Shown: positions 9,648-20,116, counted from the first letter of the stretch. The stretch: DNA of 64,000 nucleotides from an uncultured cyanobacterium (GCA_963793425.1 CAWCAG010000005.1:1056001-1120000); one strand, 5' to 3'. Numbers and translations: made by a program. Notes: generated by a model not told the origin, from the letters alone.

Positions 9648-9869
9648 ATGAAAAAGAACTTAGGTAGGTTAGATCGGGTTACTCGCGTCGCAATTGTAGG
9701 TGGTTTACTTTTTCTCGGTTTAGGAGTTTACGGAGGTTCGTCACTAGGAATTGGAATAGCCCTTGTCTCAATTATCCCTTTAATGACTTCATTGTTGGCT
9801 AGTTGCCCTGTGTATAGCTTGCTAGGAATTAGTACTTGTGAAGCTAATCCTCAAATCCACTCTAAATAA
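9648..9869 (+). CDS. DUF2892 (YgaP-like) membrane protein
   Basis: NLGRLDRxxR, two TM helices, CPVYSLLGISTC. Confidence 0.9.
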   Translation: MKKNLGRLDRVTRVAIVGGLLFLGLGVYGGSSLGIGIALVSIIPLMTSLLASCPVYSLLGISTCEANPQIHSK

Positions 9870-9902
9870 TCCTGATCTGAATTAAAAAAGGTAAAAATCG
9901 CT

Positions 9903-10436
9903 ATGGAAGAGAGTCTCCCTTTAGAATATCCTTCAATGTCTCGCCGACAATTACTTAACTTTCTCACTGGAGCAGTTGTGGCGACGACAGCCAGTGCCGC
10001 AGTTTATCCTGCTGCAAAATTCTTTGTTCCCACAGTAGAAGATAATGGTGACGGTTCAATTATTGCTAAAGATCGTCTGGGACATCCCATTCCTGCCAGT
10101 CAGATTTTAGCAGAACCCACGGGAACTCGCGCTTTAGTAGCAGGATTAGCTGGAGAACCAACTTATTTGACAGTCTTAGAAAAAGGTAAGCTAGATACAG
10201 TTGGAATTGTTGATAATTGTACCCATCTCGGTTGTACTTTTCCTTGGAATCCCAACGAAAATCAATTTCAATGTCCCTGTCATGGTTCTCGTTATGCTGC
10301 TGATGGCTCTGTAGTCAAAGGCCCTGCGCCTCTTCCCTTAAAGCTAGTACAAGTCAAAGTAGAAGAAGATAATATCTGGATCTCACCTTGGACAAAAAAC
10401 GATCCCCGTACAGGAAAAAAACCCTGGTGGGTTTAG
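9903..10436 (+). CDS. petC: Cytochrome b6f Rieske Fe-S subunit (alternative PetC2-like paralogue)
   Basis: SRRQLL Tat signal; CTHLGC and CPCHGS; GPAP; not followed by petA. Confidence 0.93.
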   Translation: MEESLPLEYPSMSRRQLLNFLTGAVVATTASAAVYPAAKFFVPTVEDNGDGSIIAKDRLGHPIPASQILAEPTGTRALVAGLAGEPTYLTVLEKGKLDTVGIVDNCTHLGCTFPWNPNENQFQCPCHGSRYAADGSVVKGPAPLPLKLVQVKVEEDNIWISPWTKNDPRTGKKPWWV

Positions 10437-10591
10437 AGCGGCGGTGGACAATTTTAATAAGTTAGCTTACAAGTAAAAACAAAGAGTTTGCCATCGCGAT
10501 CTTCTAAGCAGGCGCAACGAGAAACCACGCTAGTGATTTTTTGTCAACATAAGTATTAATCAACTTCAACTTCAATCTAGATCGAATAATT

Positions 10592-11044
10592 ATGGAAAAT
10601 GTCAACAAGATTAACAAAAACTTAGCCATAGCTACAGAACAATTATCAGCCCAACAATTGCAGCAAGCAGCACGAGAAGGTTATAAATCGGTACTAAATT
10701 TGCGATCGCCCCAAGAAGAGGGATTTTTAGAAGACGAAGAAGAACAAGCAAAAGCTGCGGGACTAGATTACGTTAATATTCCCGTCAAACCCGATAGTAT
10801 AAGCGAAGAACTGGCAGATCTAGTCCTTCAGCAAATCGATCAACTTCCCAAACCTCTATTGGCACACTGTAAAAGCGGATTACGTTCGGCAGCATTTTCT
10901 CTAATGTATATTGCAACCAAAGAGGGAATATCGCCAGACGAAGCGATGGACAAAGGTAAACAGATGGGATTCGATTGCAGTCAGTCTCCCGAAATGAAAG
11001 AGTTTTTCCAGCAATACGTCAGCCAACATCAACCAGCTAAATAA
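10592..11044 (+). CDS. DUF442/Blh-like PTP-fold protein (putative sulfurtransferase or phosphatase)
   Basis: VLNLRSPQE and HCKSGLRS (CX5R) motifs. Confidence 0.8.
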   Translation: MENVNKINKNLAIATEQLSAQQLQQAAREGYKSVLNLRSPQEEGFLEDEEEQAKAAGLDYVNIPVKPDSISEELADLVLQQIDQLPKPLLAHCKSGLRSAAFSLMYIATKEGISPDEAMDKGKQMGFDCSQSPEMKEFFQQYVSQHQPAK

Positions 11045-11114
11045 ATATTACAAAAACCGAGAACTGCGTATCTAACGAACTGCTACTGATGGCAAAAATG
11101 TGGTGATGGATTAT

Positions 11115-13088
11115 CTAAAACCGATGCCCAATACCAAAACCAACTTCAGTTTCTCCTTGATCATTGAAGCCCAAATCAGCCCGTAAAATACCTAAAGGAG
11201 AATTTACCCTCACTCCTGTACCATAACCAAAACCGCTACCAGGTTTATTGCGTGCAACCCCTGGTTCTCCTGGTACTGTATCACTAGAACCAAGATCAGA
11301 AGCAAAATCAGCAAATAAAACCCCGCCAATAGGAAGATTGAAAGCGGAAAGGAGAGGGAAGCGATATTCCGCTGAAGCCAGGACATAACTACGGCTGCTA
11401 GCCACTTCACCATAACCATAACCCCGTACAGAATTCAAGCCCCCTAAGTTGAAAGCTTCGTAAGGAGGTAAATCTCCCACCACAGTTCCCCCCTTAAGAT
11501 TAAAAGCAAGTACCTCTGGGGTTTCTTTCCCTAACAAACTTACGGGGGTGTAATGACTGTAGTTAGCTTGTAAGCGGTTCATAAGAATATTACCCAAACC
11601 CACTGGAATAGATTGTTCTGTCCCTAAGCTAAGATAGGAGCCAGAAGTAGGATTGATGGGGTTATCTCTTTGATCTTTACTAAGATTAGCTGAAATGCTT
11701 ACGAGATCGTCAATGCCTGTATCGCTAAAGGAAAGGGAATTGCCCTGACTATCAAAAGGCGTAACATTACCTTCCTCGTCTCGGATACTAGTACGAGTGT
11801 AATTAACACCAACAGAAGTATTCCAATCTTCAACATCACGGTTAAAACTTACCCCACCGCCAAAACGACCTTCCCTAACCTCATCTCCATTAGCAAGGGT
11901 AATATCATCATCGAAGGTATTAGAGACGCTACGACGGCGAGAAGCATTGACTTGATAGCCTAATTTATCGGGATTATCAGCCCGGTAAGGGCTACCATAT
12001 TTAGTATCAAATTGGAAAGTGCGGCTGCCAAGTTGCAAATCTAAACCCAACTTATTACCTATTCCCCCGACATTCTGATCATTATAATTAACTGTGCCAT
12101 AAACTCCGGTTCTATTGCTATAACCTCCCCCCACATTAATACGGCGAGATTGTAATTCTGTTAGTTCATAAATCACATCTAAGTTATTCGCATCACCATT
12201 GAGGGCTACGTCCACTTTTTGGAACAATCCCAATTGATAAAGCTTACCGACATCTGCTTGGACTTGTTCAATCTGGAATATTTCCCCCGTTTGCAAGCCC
12301 AACTCCGACTCTACTAAGGATTGTTTGGTTCGCCCTTCAGTAACTTCTCCTGTTTCATCCAAGAAGCGAACCTCAATATTACTAACTTTCCCCTCAGCAA
12401 CAGTTAAATTCAAAACCCCATCAGAATTCGGTTGTACCGCCAAAACCTGTGCCAATACATAACCGTTATCTTTATACCATTGATTAAGTTCTGCCACACC
12501 TTGCTGCAAACCAACTAGACTAACGGGTTTACCTAACTGAGGTTGAAAAATTCCCCTCGCAACTTCTGGGGTTAAAACCTCAGCCCCAGAAAGCTGAAGC
12601 GATTCTACAATAGTTGGCTCAACTTGATATACTACATTTATTCCATCGGGGCTAGTATTGGTGTCAACCCTAGCATTTGCAAATAACCCTGTGTTAACAA
12701 TCTCAGCTAAATCTTTCTGTAGTTGATTCTCGCTGGTGTCACCTCCAGTTTTGGTGGTAACAGTGTTGAGAACAATTTGTTGCAATTCCTCACTAACTCC
12801 TTTTACCTCAATACCTGTGACAGTAACTGCCAAATCTGGAGTAAGAGAGGTTCTTTCAGAAAGAGTTTTGGCAAACTCAGGTGCGGCTAAAGTTTCTGGA
12901 GAAGTAACTTGAGTGGAGACAAGATAATCATCTTGTTGTTCTTCCTCTAAAGGAGTAACTTGGGCGGAGATAATGATATTATCTTGCTGTTCTTCTGGGG
13001 CTGTATTAGCCTGGGCAACGGCTTCATAAGCCAACTCTCCAGTTCCTAAAGCAGCTAAAGTATAAATTGTAATAGTTGAAAAACGCAT
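11115..13088 (-). CDS. BamA/TamA (Omp85) family outer membrane protein
   Basis: POTRA-like domains, SVRGY motif, C-terminal FGIGHRF. Confidence 0.92.
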   Translation of the reverse strand: MRFSTITIYTLAALGTGELAYEAVAQANTAPEEQQDNIIISAQVTPLEEEQQDDYLVSTQVTSPETLAAPEFAKTLSERTSLTPDLAVTVTGIEVKGVSEELQQIVLNTVTTKTGGDTSENQLQKDLAEIVNTGLFANARVDTNTSPDGINVVYQVEPTIVESLQLSGAEVLTPEVARGIFQPQLGKPVSLVGLQQGVAELNQWYKDNGYVLAQVLAVQPNSDGVLNLTVAEGKVSNIEVRFLDETGEVTEGRTKQSLVESELGLQTGEIFQIEQVQADVGKLYQLGLFQKVDVALNGDANNLDVIYELTELQSRRINVGGGYSNRTGVYGTVNYNDQNVGGIGNKLGLDLQLGSRTFQFDTKYGSPYRADNPDKLGYQVNASRRRSVSNTFDDDITLANGDEVREGRFGGGVSFNRDVEDWNTSVGVNYTRTSIRDEEGNVTPFDSQGNSLSFSDTGIDDLVSISANLSKDQRDNPINPTSGSYLSLGTEQSIPVGLGNILMNRLQANYSHYTPVSLLGKETPEVLAFNLKGGTVVGDLPPYEAFNLGGLNSVRGYGYGEVASSRSYVLASAEYRFPLLSAFNLPIGGVLFADFASDLGSSDTVPGEPGVARNKPGSGFGYGTGVRVNSPLGILRADLGFNDQGETEVGFGIGHRF

Positions 13089-13238
13089 AGTAATAGCCTG
13101 GGGGCAAGATCAGTTTCTTTATATTTGAGTTGACCGAGATAAATAACTCTAGTTCCTATCAATGTGGCGGCTACAAATCTGGCACAGGTTCTTTGCTAGT
13201 TGCTAGTTGCTAATGGCTAATGGCTAATTACTTGTCTT

Positions 13239-13307
13239 GCCGAGCGTAGCCTTCGGCAACGGCTTCGCCCAACCCTTGCGCCTTACGTCGACGCGGGGTA
13301 TCGGCGC
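13239..13307. repeat. Small dispersed repeat (double-hairpin) element between heptamer repeats
   Basis: GCCTTCGGC-AAC-GGCTTCGCC at 13249-13269; related copies at 26433 and 59725. Confidence 0.6.
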
Positions 13308-13340
13308 TATTACTTATTACTTAATCCCTTAAAAAATATC

Positions 13341-14216
13341 ATGAAAAGGCGAAAATTTTTCTGGTACTCCCTATTATTTCTTACTAGTTGTTCGGCAACA
13401 GTTGAGAGTCCTAAAATCTCTGAGGAAGTAACTAATCAAGGAAGTAAGGAGGATACGTTACGATTTACGGTTACTTATATTCATCAACCAGAAGAGTTGG
13501 AAGAAAAATATGGAGAATTTGCTAACACTTTAACCAAAATAATTGATCTGCCTGTAGAACTTGTTTTAGTAGGAAATCATACAGAAGCAGCATCAGCATT
13601 GCAATTAGCTGAATTGGACTTGGTTTTAGCGGGGGCTTCTGAGTATGTGATTATTGCTTCCCATACCAATGCTATTCCTGTTGTCGCCATTACTGGGTCT
13701 AATAATCGTTCAGTTATAGCGGTAGATGTTAATAGTCAAATTACATCCATAGCACAGTTGAAGAGCAAAAAAATTGCTATGTCTTCTGTCGGTTCCACCA
13801 GTGGTCATCTCGGACCTTTAGAATTACTCTTAGAAGCAGGAATTGACCCAACGAAAGATTTAGAAATACTTTGGTTAGGCAGTGAAGGTAGCAGGGAGGC
13901 AATACAGGAAGGAACAGTTGATGCTTGGGCTGGTTCAACCTTAGATTATGAAAAACTACCACAGAAGTTCAAACTATTGGCCCAAGGAGAACTTTTACCT
14001 GATGATGTTTTCATTGCTAGTAGTCAGCTAGACCCCAAATTAGTCAAGGTTTTGCGGCAACGTATGCTTGAAAATCAGCAAGAGTTAATTGCGGCGATCG
14101 CCAAAACCAAAAATAATCAAGAATACATAAGTTCAGAACTTACCACAGTTAGAGATAGTGATTACGACTCCATTCGCAAAGTTTATAAAGCAATCGGAGA
14201 AGACAAATTTCTTTAG
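13341..14216 (+). CDS. PhnD-like phosphate/phosphonate substrate-binding lipoprotein
   Basis: Lipobox LTSC; GSTSGHLGP motif; DSDYDSIR C-terminus. Confidence 0.85.
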   Translation: MKRRKFFWYSLLFLTSCSATVESPKISEEVTNQGSKEDTLRFTVTYIHQPEELEEKYGEFANTLTKIIDLPVELVLVGNHTEAASALQLAELDLVLAGASEYVIIASHTNAIPVVAITGSNNRSVIAVDVNSQITSIAQLKSKKIAMSSVGSTSGHLGPLELLLEAGIDPTKDLEILWLGSEGSREAIQEGTVDAWAGSTLDYEKLPQKFKLLAQGELLPDDVFIASSQLDPKLVKVLRQRMLENQQELIAAIAKTKNNQEYISSELTTVRDSDYDSIRKVYKAIGEDKFL

Positions 14217-14358
14217 AATTTCTTCTATGAATAAAGTTATCCCATTTTCTCCCAATAGTTTGAGATTTAGTCAAGCAGTTATCAGTTGATAAATTATCAA
14301 TGTTTAATAATAAATAGTATTAGGTCTAGAGTTTGTGTCAGGAGTGTTTCTGTAACCA

Positions 14359-16161
14359 ATGAATCAACTGTTCAAGCAAAATCTCTCTGTTTGGATCAGA
14401 AAATTGCTTCGCCGTCTGAGCATAGCTGAAAAAATTAGCTATGGCTATACCCTCGCGATTGGCATCGGGGTTTTCGGCACAACAGTAGGACTTATTTTAG
14501 GAGAATATTATGAAAGACAAGCTTTGAACACCCTAACTGTGGCAGACAAACAACAAAGTTTGTTATTAGAGTTAGAAAATAGCCTCTTGCAAATGCGTAA
14601 CCACCCCCAAAAATTATTGCCAACTTTGGGTAAAGCAATTAGTTTCGATTTTGAACGTTCTACATTTGTTGGCCACGTTGAAAGAGTTAAAAAGAATATA
14701 TCTGATTTAGTTATATTTGTTAATGAATATCCCCAGCATTCAGCTATTGACTCCAGAGAATTTGAGCAGTTTTTAATTAATTATGAAACCGCCGTTACTT
14801 CTTATACACAATCAATTAATAGTTTATATGAACAAATTGCTCCTCCAGACCTCAAACCAGAAGAAATACAAGGGGCAAGACAAGATTTACTAACTTTTTT
14901 AAGTGAAGATGTTGTCAGCCCAGCAGATAGCGAATTTACGAGTTTATCAGAACAGTTAGTCGCCATTAAGGAAGCAGCAAAAACTCAAGCAGAGGAAGCT
15001 GAGAAAAAGTTAAGAGCTGCTTTGGATTTGCGGATACAGATTATTACTTTTAGTATGTTAGTTAGTGCAGCGATCGCACTTTTATTAGCAGTTCATACCA
15101 GTCGCCATATTGCCAAACCTTTAAAAGCTGTAACTCATTTAGCTCAAAGAGTCACTAAGGAATCTAATTTTAATTTAAGAGCGTCTGTAGTCACAGAAGA
15201 TGAAGTAGGTTCTTTGGCTATTTCTCTTAATCAGTTAATTAAAAGAGTCGGTCAATATACTCAAGAATTAGAAATAAATCGCCAAAGTTTGGAAGAAAGG
15301 GTTCAGGAACGTACCCAAGAATTAACAAAAGCTCTGGGAGAATTAAGAGAAACTCAGTCTCAATTAATTCAAACTGAAAAGATGTCTAGTTTAGGACAAA
15401 TGGTAGGAGGAATTGCTCACGAAATAAATAATCCTGTTAATTTTATTTATGGTAACATTCAGTATACTGAAGAATATACTGAAAGTTTATTAAAATTAGT
15501 TCAGCTTTATCATCAAAAGTATCCTAAACCCGATTCTGAAATTGGTGATTATGTTGAAGAAATTGATTTAGACTTCTTAGCTGAAGATTTACCAAAACTG
15601 ATTGCTTCGATGACTATGGGAGCAGAAAGAATTAGGAAAATTGTTCTTTCTCTCAAGAACTTTTCTCGTCTTGATGAAGCAGAGATGAAAAAGGTTGATA
15701 TCCACGAAGGTATTGATAATACCCTATTAATTTTAAACAGTCGCTTGAAGAAAAATATTCAAGTAGTACAAGACTATGGTGACTTTCCTTTGATTGAATG
15801 TTATCCCGCGCAACTTAATCAGGTTTTTATGAACATTATTGCTAATGCTATTGATGCTCTAGAAGAGCATAATGAAAATGCTAATGGATGTAAAATAAAT
15901 CCGGTGATCACTATTTGTAGCTGCCAAATTGATGTTAATTTAATTAAAATAAGAATTGGTGACAATGGCCCAGGAATTGCTAATCATATTAAGGATAAAT
16001 TATTTGATCCTTTCTTTACCACCAAGCATGTGGGGAAAGGAACTGGTTTAGGTTTATCAATCTGTTATCAAATTGTGGAAAAGCATAAGGGAAAAATTGA
16101 AGTTGATTCCCAAATGGGTAAAGGAACAGAGTTTACTATTACTTTACCTATTGAACGGTGA
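14359..16161 (+). CDS. Membrane sensor histidine kinase with HAMP domain
   Basis: Two TM segments, HAMP (DEVGSLA), H-box AHEINNP, N/G boxes. Confidence 0.93.
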   Translation: MNQLFKQNLSVWIRKLLRRLSIAEKISYGYTLAIGIGVFGTTVGLILGEYYERQALNTLTVADKQQSLLLELENSLLQMRNHPQKLLPTLGKAISFDFERSTFVGHVERVKKNISDLVIFVNEYPQHSAIDSREFEQFLINYETAVTSYTQSINSLYEQIAPPDLKPEEIQGARQDLLTFLSEDVVSPADSEFTSLSEQLVAIKEAAKTQAEEAEKKLRAALDLRIQIITFSMLVSAAIALLLAVHTSRHIAKPLKAVTHLAQRVTKESNFNLRASVVTEDEVGSLAISLNQLIKRVGQYTQELEINRQSLEERVQERTQELTKALGELRETQSQLIQTEKMSSLGQMVGGIAHEINNPVNFIYGNIQYTEEYTESLLKLVQLYHQKYPKPDSEIGDYVEEIDLDFLAEDLPKLIASMTMGAERIRKIVLSLKNFSRLDEAEMKKVDIHEGIDNTLLILNSRLKKNIQVVQDYGDFPLIECYPAQLNQVFMNIIANAIDALEEHNENANGCKINPVITICSCQIDVNLIKIRIGDNGPGIANHIKDKLFDPFFTTKHVGKGTGLGLSICYQIVEKHKGKIEVDSQMGKGTEFTITLPIER

Positions 16162-16190
16162 TTTCATTAAACATTTAAAATTTATCATTT

Positions 16191-16601
16191 ATGTCAAGAA
16201 ATAATTTAGACATTCTTCAACAATTACGTGTAGCGAGTGCTGATCTTCTTTGGATGAGTGAATCTGATTATCCTTTTGAAGTATTTACTTACTCTCAAAA
16301 AGATGTACCAGAAATGAATGAGATAGTTGTTTTGGAAAAGATGGCTAAACAGACCAATACTCCTATTAAAACCGTGGAATTTGAACAGTTTTTTCAGCTA
16401 GCAACTACAGAGAAAGAGTGGCATAATGCTTCAGAAAAAGAAACTGTGAAACAGTATCAAAATTTAGTTTCTACTCTCCAAGAGAATCTTGAAAATCTCC
16501 AAGTTTATCTTATCGGTGAAACTGAAATTGATGTTTATATTTTAGGGAAACTTCCTTCAGGAGATTGGGCGGTTTTATCAACAAAGATGGTGCAAACGTA
16601 A
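16191..16601 (+). CDS. Nuclease A inhibitor (NuiA) family protein
   Basis: LLWMSESDYPFE and IDVYILG..LSTKMVQT motifs. Confidence 0.85.
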   Translation: MSRNNLDILQQLRVASADLLWMSESDYPFEVFTYSQKDVPEMNEIVVLEKMAKQTNTPIKTVEFEQFFQLATTEKEWHNASEKETVKQYQNLVSTLQENLENLQVYLIGETEIDVYILGKLPSGDWAVLSTKMVQT

Positions 16602-16677
16602 ATAATTGCTAGTAGCTAATAGCTAATTCTCTTAAAACCCTTGATCCGTCAATTTTTAATTAACAAACCACTAGATA

Positions 16678-17454
16678 TTATTGATAAAAATCCCTGTCTT
16701 GAATAGCTAAAAGCTTGGAACGTAGTATACGAAGTCTATAATACCACTTGCGTTTTAACTGAGCGGATTGAGGCTCAACTATCTCTTTATGTATATCTTG
16801 ATGTACCAAAGCTGAATTTAGCCTTGTCCAATGTTCATTTTTTTCTACTTCCCAGCCTACATAAGCTGCTGCTAAGCCGAGTATCGCCCCTTCCCCTGCA
16901 CCTAACTTATGAATATCCCAGTAATGGGCTAGCTTTCTCCAGCAAGCCAAAAACTTTTGTTCTTTGCCAGAATCTCGTCTGATCACAAATAAACTTTCTC
17001 CAATCCATCTAATACTATCTAGTTCTAAATCTAGGCGATCGCAGATTTTTTCTAGATGAATAAGAGTCTTAGGATTATATTTTCTTGTATGTTCTACAAG
17101 AGATTCACTCCTACCAGTAATACCGAGTTGCCAATTCTCATTAACTAGAGTTTCAACAGGTTGTAAGAAAGTGATATCAACATCCACTTGAACAACTACA
17201 GAAAATCTTTGTAGTGCTGCATCAATAGCGAATAGTTTGTCATTATAGGGACGGTAGCCAAAGTAATGACGGTGGGGAATAGCAATTACATTATCAAACT
17301 CTTTGAAATAACTTACATTGTCAGTGGCAACAACTAACTTTATACCTGGTGCAAATTCAGTTAAATTTTTTGCTAATTTCCCTGCACAATTCCAATAAGG
17401 TGGACTTAAAGCCAGGGCAGAAAAACAACAGTCATTCTTTGTGTTTAGTGACAT
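16678..17454 (-). CDS. Hypothetical protein, GT-A glycosyltransferase-like
   Basis: VVATD, NDKL and QVDVD (DxD) motifs; full-length ORF. Confidence 0.5.
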   Translation of the reverse strand: MSLNTKNDCCFSALALSPPYWNCAGKLAKNLTEFAPGIKLVVATDNVSYFKEFDNVIAIPHRHYFGYRPYNDKLFAIDAALQRFSVVVQVDVDITFLQPVETLVNENWQLGITGRSESLVEHTRKYNPKTLIHLEKICDRLDLELDSIRWIGESLFVIRRDSGKEQKFLACWRKLAHYWDIHKLGAGEGAILGLAAAYVGWEVEKNEHWTRLNSALVHQDIHKEIVEPQSAQLKRKWYYRLRILRSKLLAIQDRDFYQ

Positions 17455-17456
17455 AA

Positions 17457-17504
17457 ATCAGTTATCAGTGAACAGTTATCAGTTATCAGTTATCAGTTAT
17501 CAGT
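17457..17504. repeat. Heptamer tandem repeat (ATCAGTT)n, STRR-type
   Basis: Direct inspection. Confidence 0.85.
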
Positions 17505-17570
17505 AAATGTAGTTGATAGCTAAGACCATAAATAGTAACTAGCAACTAGCAATTAGCAACTAACCTTAAT

Positions 17571-19085
17571 TTACCCTTCAACCAACTTCAAAACTTCACC
17601 AATAGCAACTTGTTCTTGCTTGTTAGCAGCCAAATCCCTCAACATCACTTTAGCTGCCTTCTCTTCTTGTGAGCCTAAAATTACAGCAAAAGGAATACCT
17701 TGTTTAACAGCATATTGCAAGTTACTAGAAACATTCTTACTTCGTACATCTAGTTCTACTTTTAACCCGCCGTGGCGCAACTTTTCTGCTACTTGGATAC
17801 CGTAACTATATTCTTGGGGAGTCACAGGAATAACTAAAACATCTACAGTTTCTGTGACCTTAGTTGGTAACAAATTTTCCTCTTCTAAAGCTAGTCTTAA
17901 TCTTTCCATACCGAAAGAAAATCCTGTAGCGGGGATATTCTTTTTACCACTTAGGGTAGCAACTAATTCATCATATCTACCACCACCACACAATTGCTGT
18001 CCTTTTCCTGAATCACCGTGATGAATCTCGAAAATTGTCCCAGTGTAGTATTGCAAACCGCGACTCATACCAAAATCCAAGCTAATACTTTCTTGGTTAA
18101 TATCGTAGGATTCTAGGTTTTTAAGAATATCACGCAATTCACCCAAAGCCGAACTATCAACTTCATATGCCTTCAAAACTTTTTCTGCTTGGGGTAAAGC
18201 AGCTTCTGGCTTCCCTTTAATTTGCCCCAATTCTGCCATAAAACCCAAGGCTTTGTTTATAGCTGGGTTTTGATCTTGGTGCTTAATTTTATCTAATAAG
18301 CGTTCAGCAATTTCTTCTGAGGGGCGAGTATCATCTAAATTAATATTCATACTCTCCACCAATTCTAAAATCGCTAACCGCGCTTCTGAGTTGGAGCTAT
18401 GTTGGAAAAGTTGAGTTAATTTATTGGTACTAGGAATATCTTCTACAGCAGCGCCAAAGTAAGGATAAATCTCTTGTAAACTCTTTTCTATGTACTCCCG
18501 ACCTTCTCTGCGTAACACCTCCATATTCGCCAGCAAAAAGCTGCTGAGGCGATTTTCTAAATTTAAACTTCCCAGAAACTTACTTAAAACGTTAATGTGA
18601 CCAATAACCAGGCGATAATTACTTAAACCTAACTTCCCTAAAGCCTTACAAGCAGTTGCGATCGCCTCAGCATCAGCCATAGCCCCCCCCGCCCCAAGCA
18701 TCTCTACTCCCATTTGGGTAAACTGGCGGTATTTACCCCTTTGAGGTTTTTCATAACGAAATACTGGCCCTTGATAATAAAGGCGTAGGGGCAAAGGCTG
18801 CCCTTGTAAATTATCTATATACGCCCTGACAATAGAAGCAGTAAACTCCGGACGCAAGCAAAGGCGACGGTTATAAAAGGTAAAATCGTACATCCGAGAG
18901 ATTAATTCTTCTCCAGATTTACGCAAATAAAGTTCTGTATATTCGAGAATGGGAACATCAATGGGACGATAGCCAAAAGATTGGAAACAGCTACTGAGTT
19001 GTGCCGCAATTTGCTGTTCTACAGTACAAATATCAGGCAAGATGTCATTGACACCCCGGACTCTTTCGATTTTAGTAGTTCGCAT
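17571..19085 (-). CDS. hisS: Histidine--tRNA ligase with long insertion domain
   Basis: LRPEFT, FRYEKPQRGKYRQFTQ, GLQYYTG, GGGRYD, GFSFGMERL and an anticodon-binding domain. Confidence 0.88.
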   Translation of the reverse strand: MRTTKIERVRGVNDILPDICTVEQQIAAQLSSCFQSFGYRPIDVPILEYTELYLRKSGEELISRMYDFTFYNRRLCLRPEFTASIVRAYIDNLQGQPLPLRLYYQGPVFRYEKPQRGKYRQFTQMGVEMLGAGGAMADAEAIATACKALGKLGLSNYRLVIGHINVLSKFLGSLNLENRLSSFLLANMEVLRREGREYIEKSLQEIYPYFGAAVEDIPSTNKLTQLFQHSSNSEARLAILELVESMNINLDDTRPSEEIAERLLDKIKHQDQNPAINKALGFMAELGQIKGKPEAALPQAEKVLKAYEVDSSALGELRDILKNLESYDINQESISLDFGMSRGLQYYTGTIFEIHHGDSGKGQQLCGGGRYDELVATLSGKKNIPATGFSFGMERLRLALEEENLLPTKVTETVDVLVIPVTPQEYSYGIQVAEKLRHGGLKVELDVRSKNVSSNLQYAVKQGIPFAVILGSQEEKAAKVMLRDLAANKQEQVAIGEVLKLVEG

Positions 19086-19131
19086 AGTTTAATTGATTAG
19101 AATATTGCAAGACTTAGGTTTGGCTAGAGTG

Positions 19132-20004
19132 ATGAGATTTATAAACCCTAAAACTGACTACGCCTTTAAGAAAATCTTTGGTTCAGAACAAAGCAAAAAT
19201 ATTCTTATTAGTTTTCTCAATGCCTTGATTTATGAAGGCAATTCTACCATTGAAGACTTAGAAATCATCAATCCTAACTTACCCCCAAGACTAGAAGGCT
19301 TAAAAGATACTTACCTCGATGTCAAAGCGAAACTGAATGATGGCACAATAATTATTATTGAAATGCAAGTTTTAAATGTGCAGTCTTTTGGTAAAAGAGT
19401 CTTGTTCAATGCGGCAAAGACTTACGCCTTTCAACTGCAAAGGGGAGAAGGCTACCGAATGCTGAAACCAGTTATTGCCTTAACCCTGACAGATTTTGAA
19501 ATGTTCCCCCAACGTGATCATTTTACCTCTCGCTTTGTTTATCGAGAAGTGTCCGATGGTTCTCTTTATCGTGAAAACGATATCGAACTGTTGTTTGTGG
19601 AATTGCCAAAATTCACCAAAGAGGAAGCACAACTCGAAACTATTACGGATAAATGGATTTACTTCATTAAGTCTGCGCGATCACTAACTGGTATACCAGA
19701 AAATATGGATGATACTCCTGAACTCCACCAAGCCTTTGAAATCGCCAACCAAGCCAACTTAACCCCTGATGAACTTGATGATTTTGAACGCCGAGAAATG
19801 TTTATTTATGATCAACAAGGGGCCGTTAACCTTGGTAGGGAAGAAGGCATTGAACAGGGCATTGAACAGGGCATTGAACGGGGTAAGGAACAAGAAAAAC
19901 TTGCCATCGCCCGGAAATTACTTAATCAATTGAATGATGAAGTAATCGCACAAACAACAGGATTAAGTATTGAAGCAATTCAAGATTTACGCAAGGAGCA
20001 ATAA
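19132..20004 (+). CDS. Rpn family recombination-promoting nuclease / PD-(D/E)XK putative transposase
   Basis: DYAFKKIFG, LDV..IEMQ, FVELPKF and GIEQ repeats. Confidence 0.9.
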   Translation: MRFINPKTDYAFKKIFGSEQSKNILISFLNALIYEGNSTIEDLEIINPNLPPRLEGLKDTYLDVKAKLNDGTIIIIEMQVLNVQSFGKRVLFNAAKTYAFQLQRGEGYRMLKPVIALTLTDFEMFPQRDHFTSRFVYREVSDGSLYRENDIELLFVELPKFTKEEAQLETITDKWIYFIKSARSLTGIPENMDDTPELHQAFEIANQANLTPDELDDFERREMFIYDQQGAVNLGREEGIEQGIEQGIERGKEQEKLAIARKLLNQLNDEVIAQTTGLSIEAIQDLRKEQ

Positions 20005-20116
20005 GCACAAGATAGAATAAATTCAGAATACTGAATATATATTTGTGTAAATTGGTTAGGCTAGAGTGCAAACTTAGCTAACAATTGGGAAGCAACAGCA
20101 GGAGAAGAAAGCGCCC

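Noticed and set aside
10433..10560. Possible IS end or remnant after petC (TAGAGCGGCGGTGGACAA)
   Set aside because: No partner inverted repeat or transposase-like frame could be found by eye.
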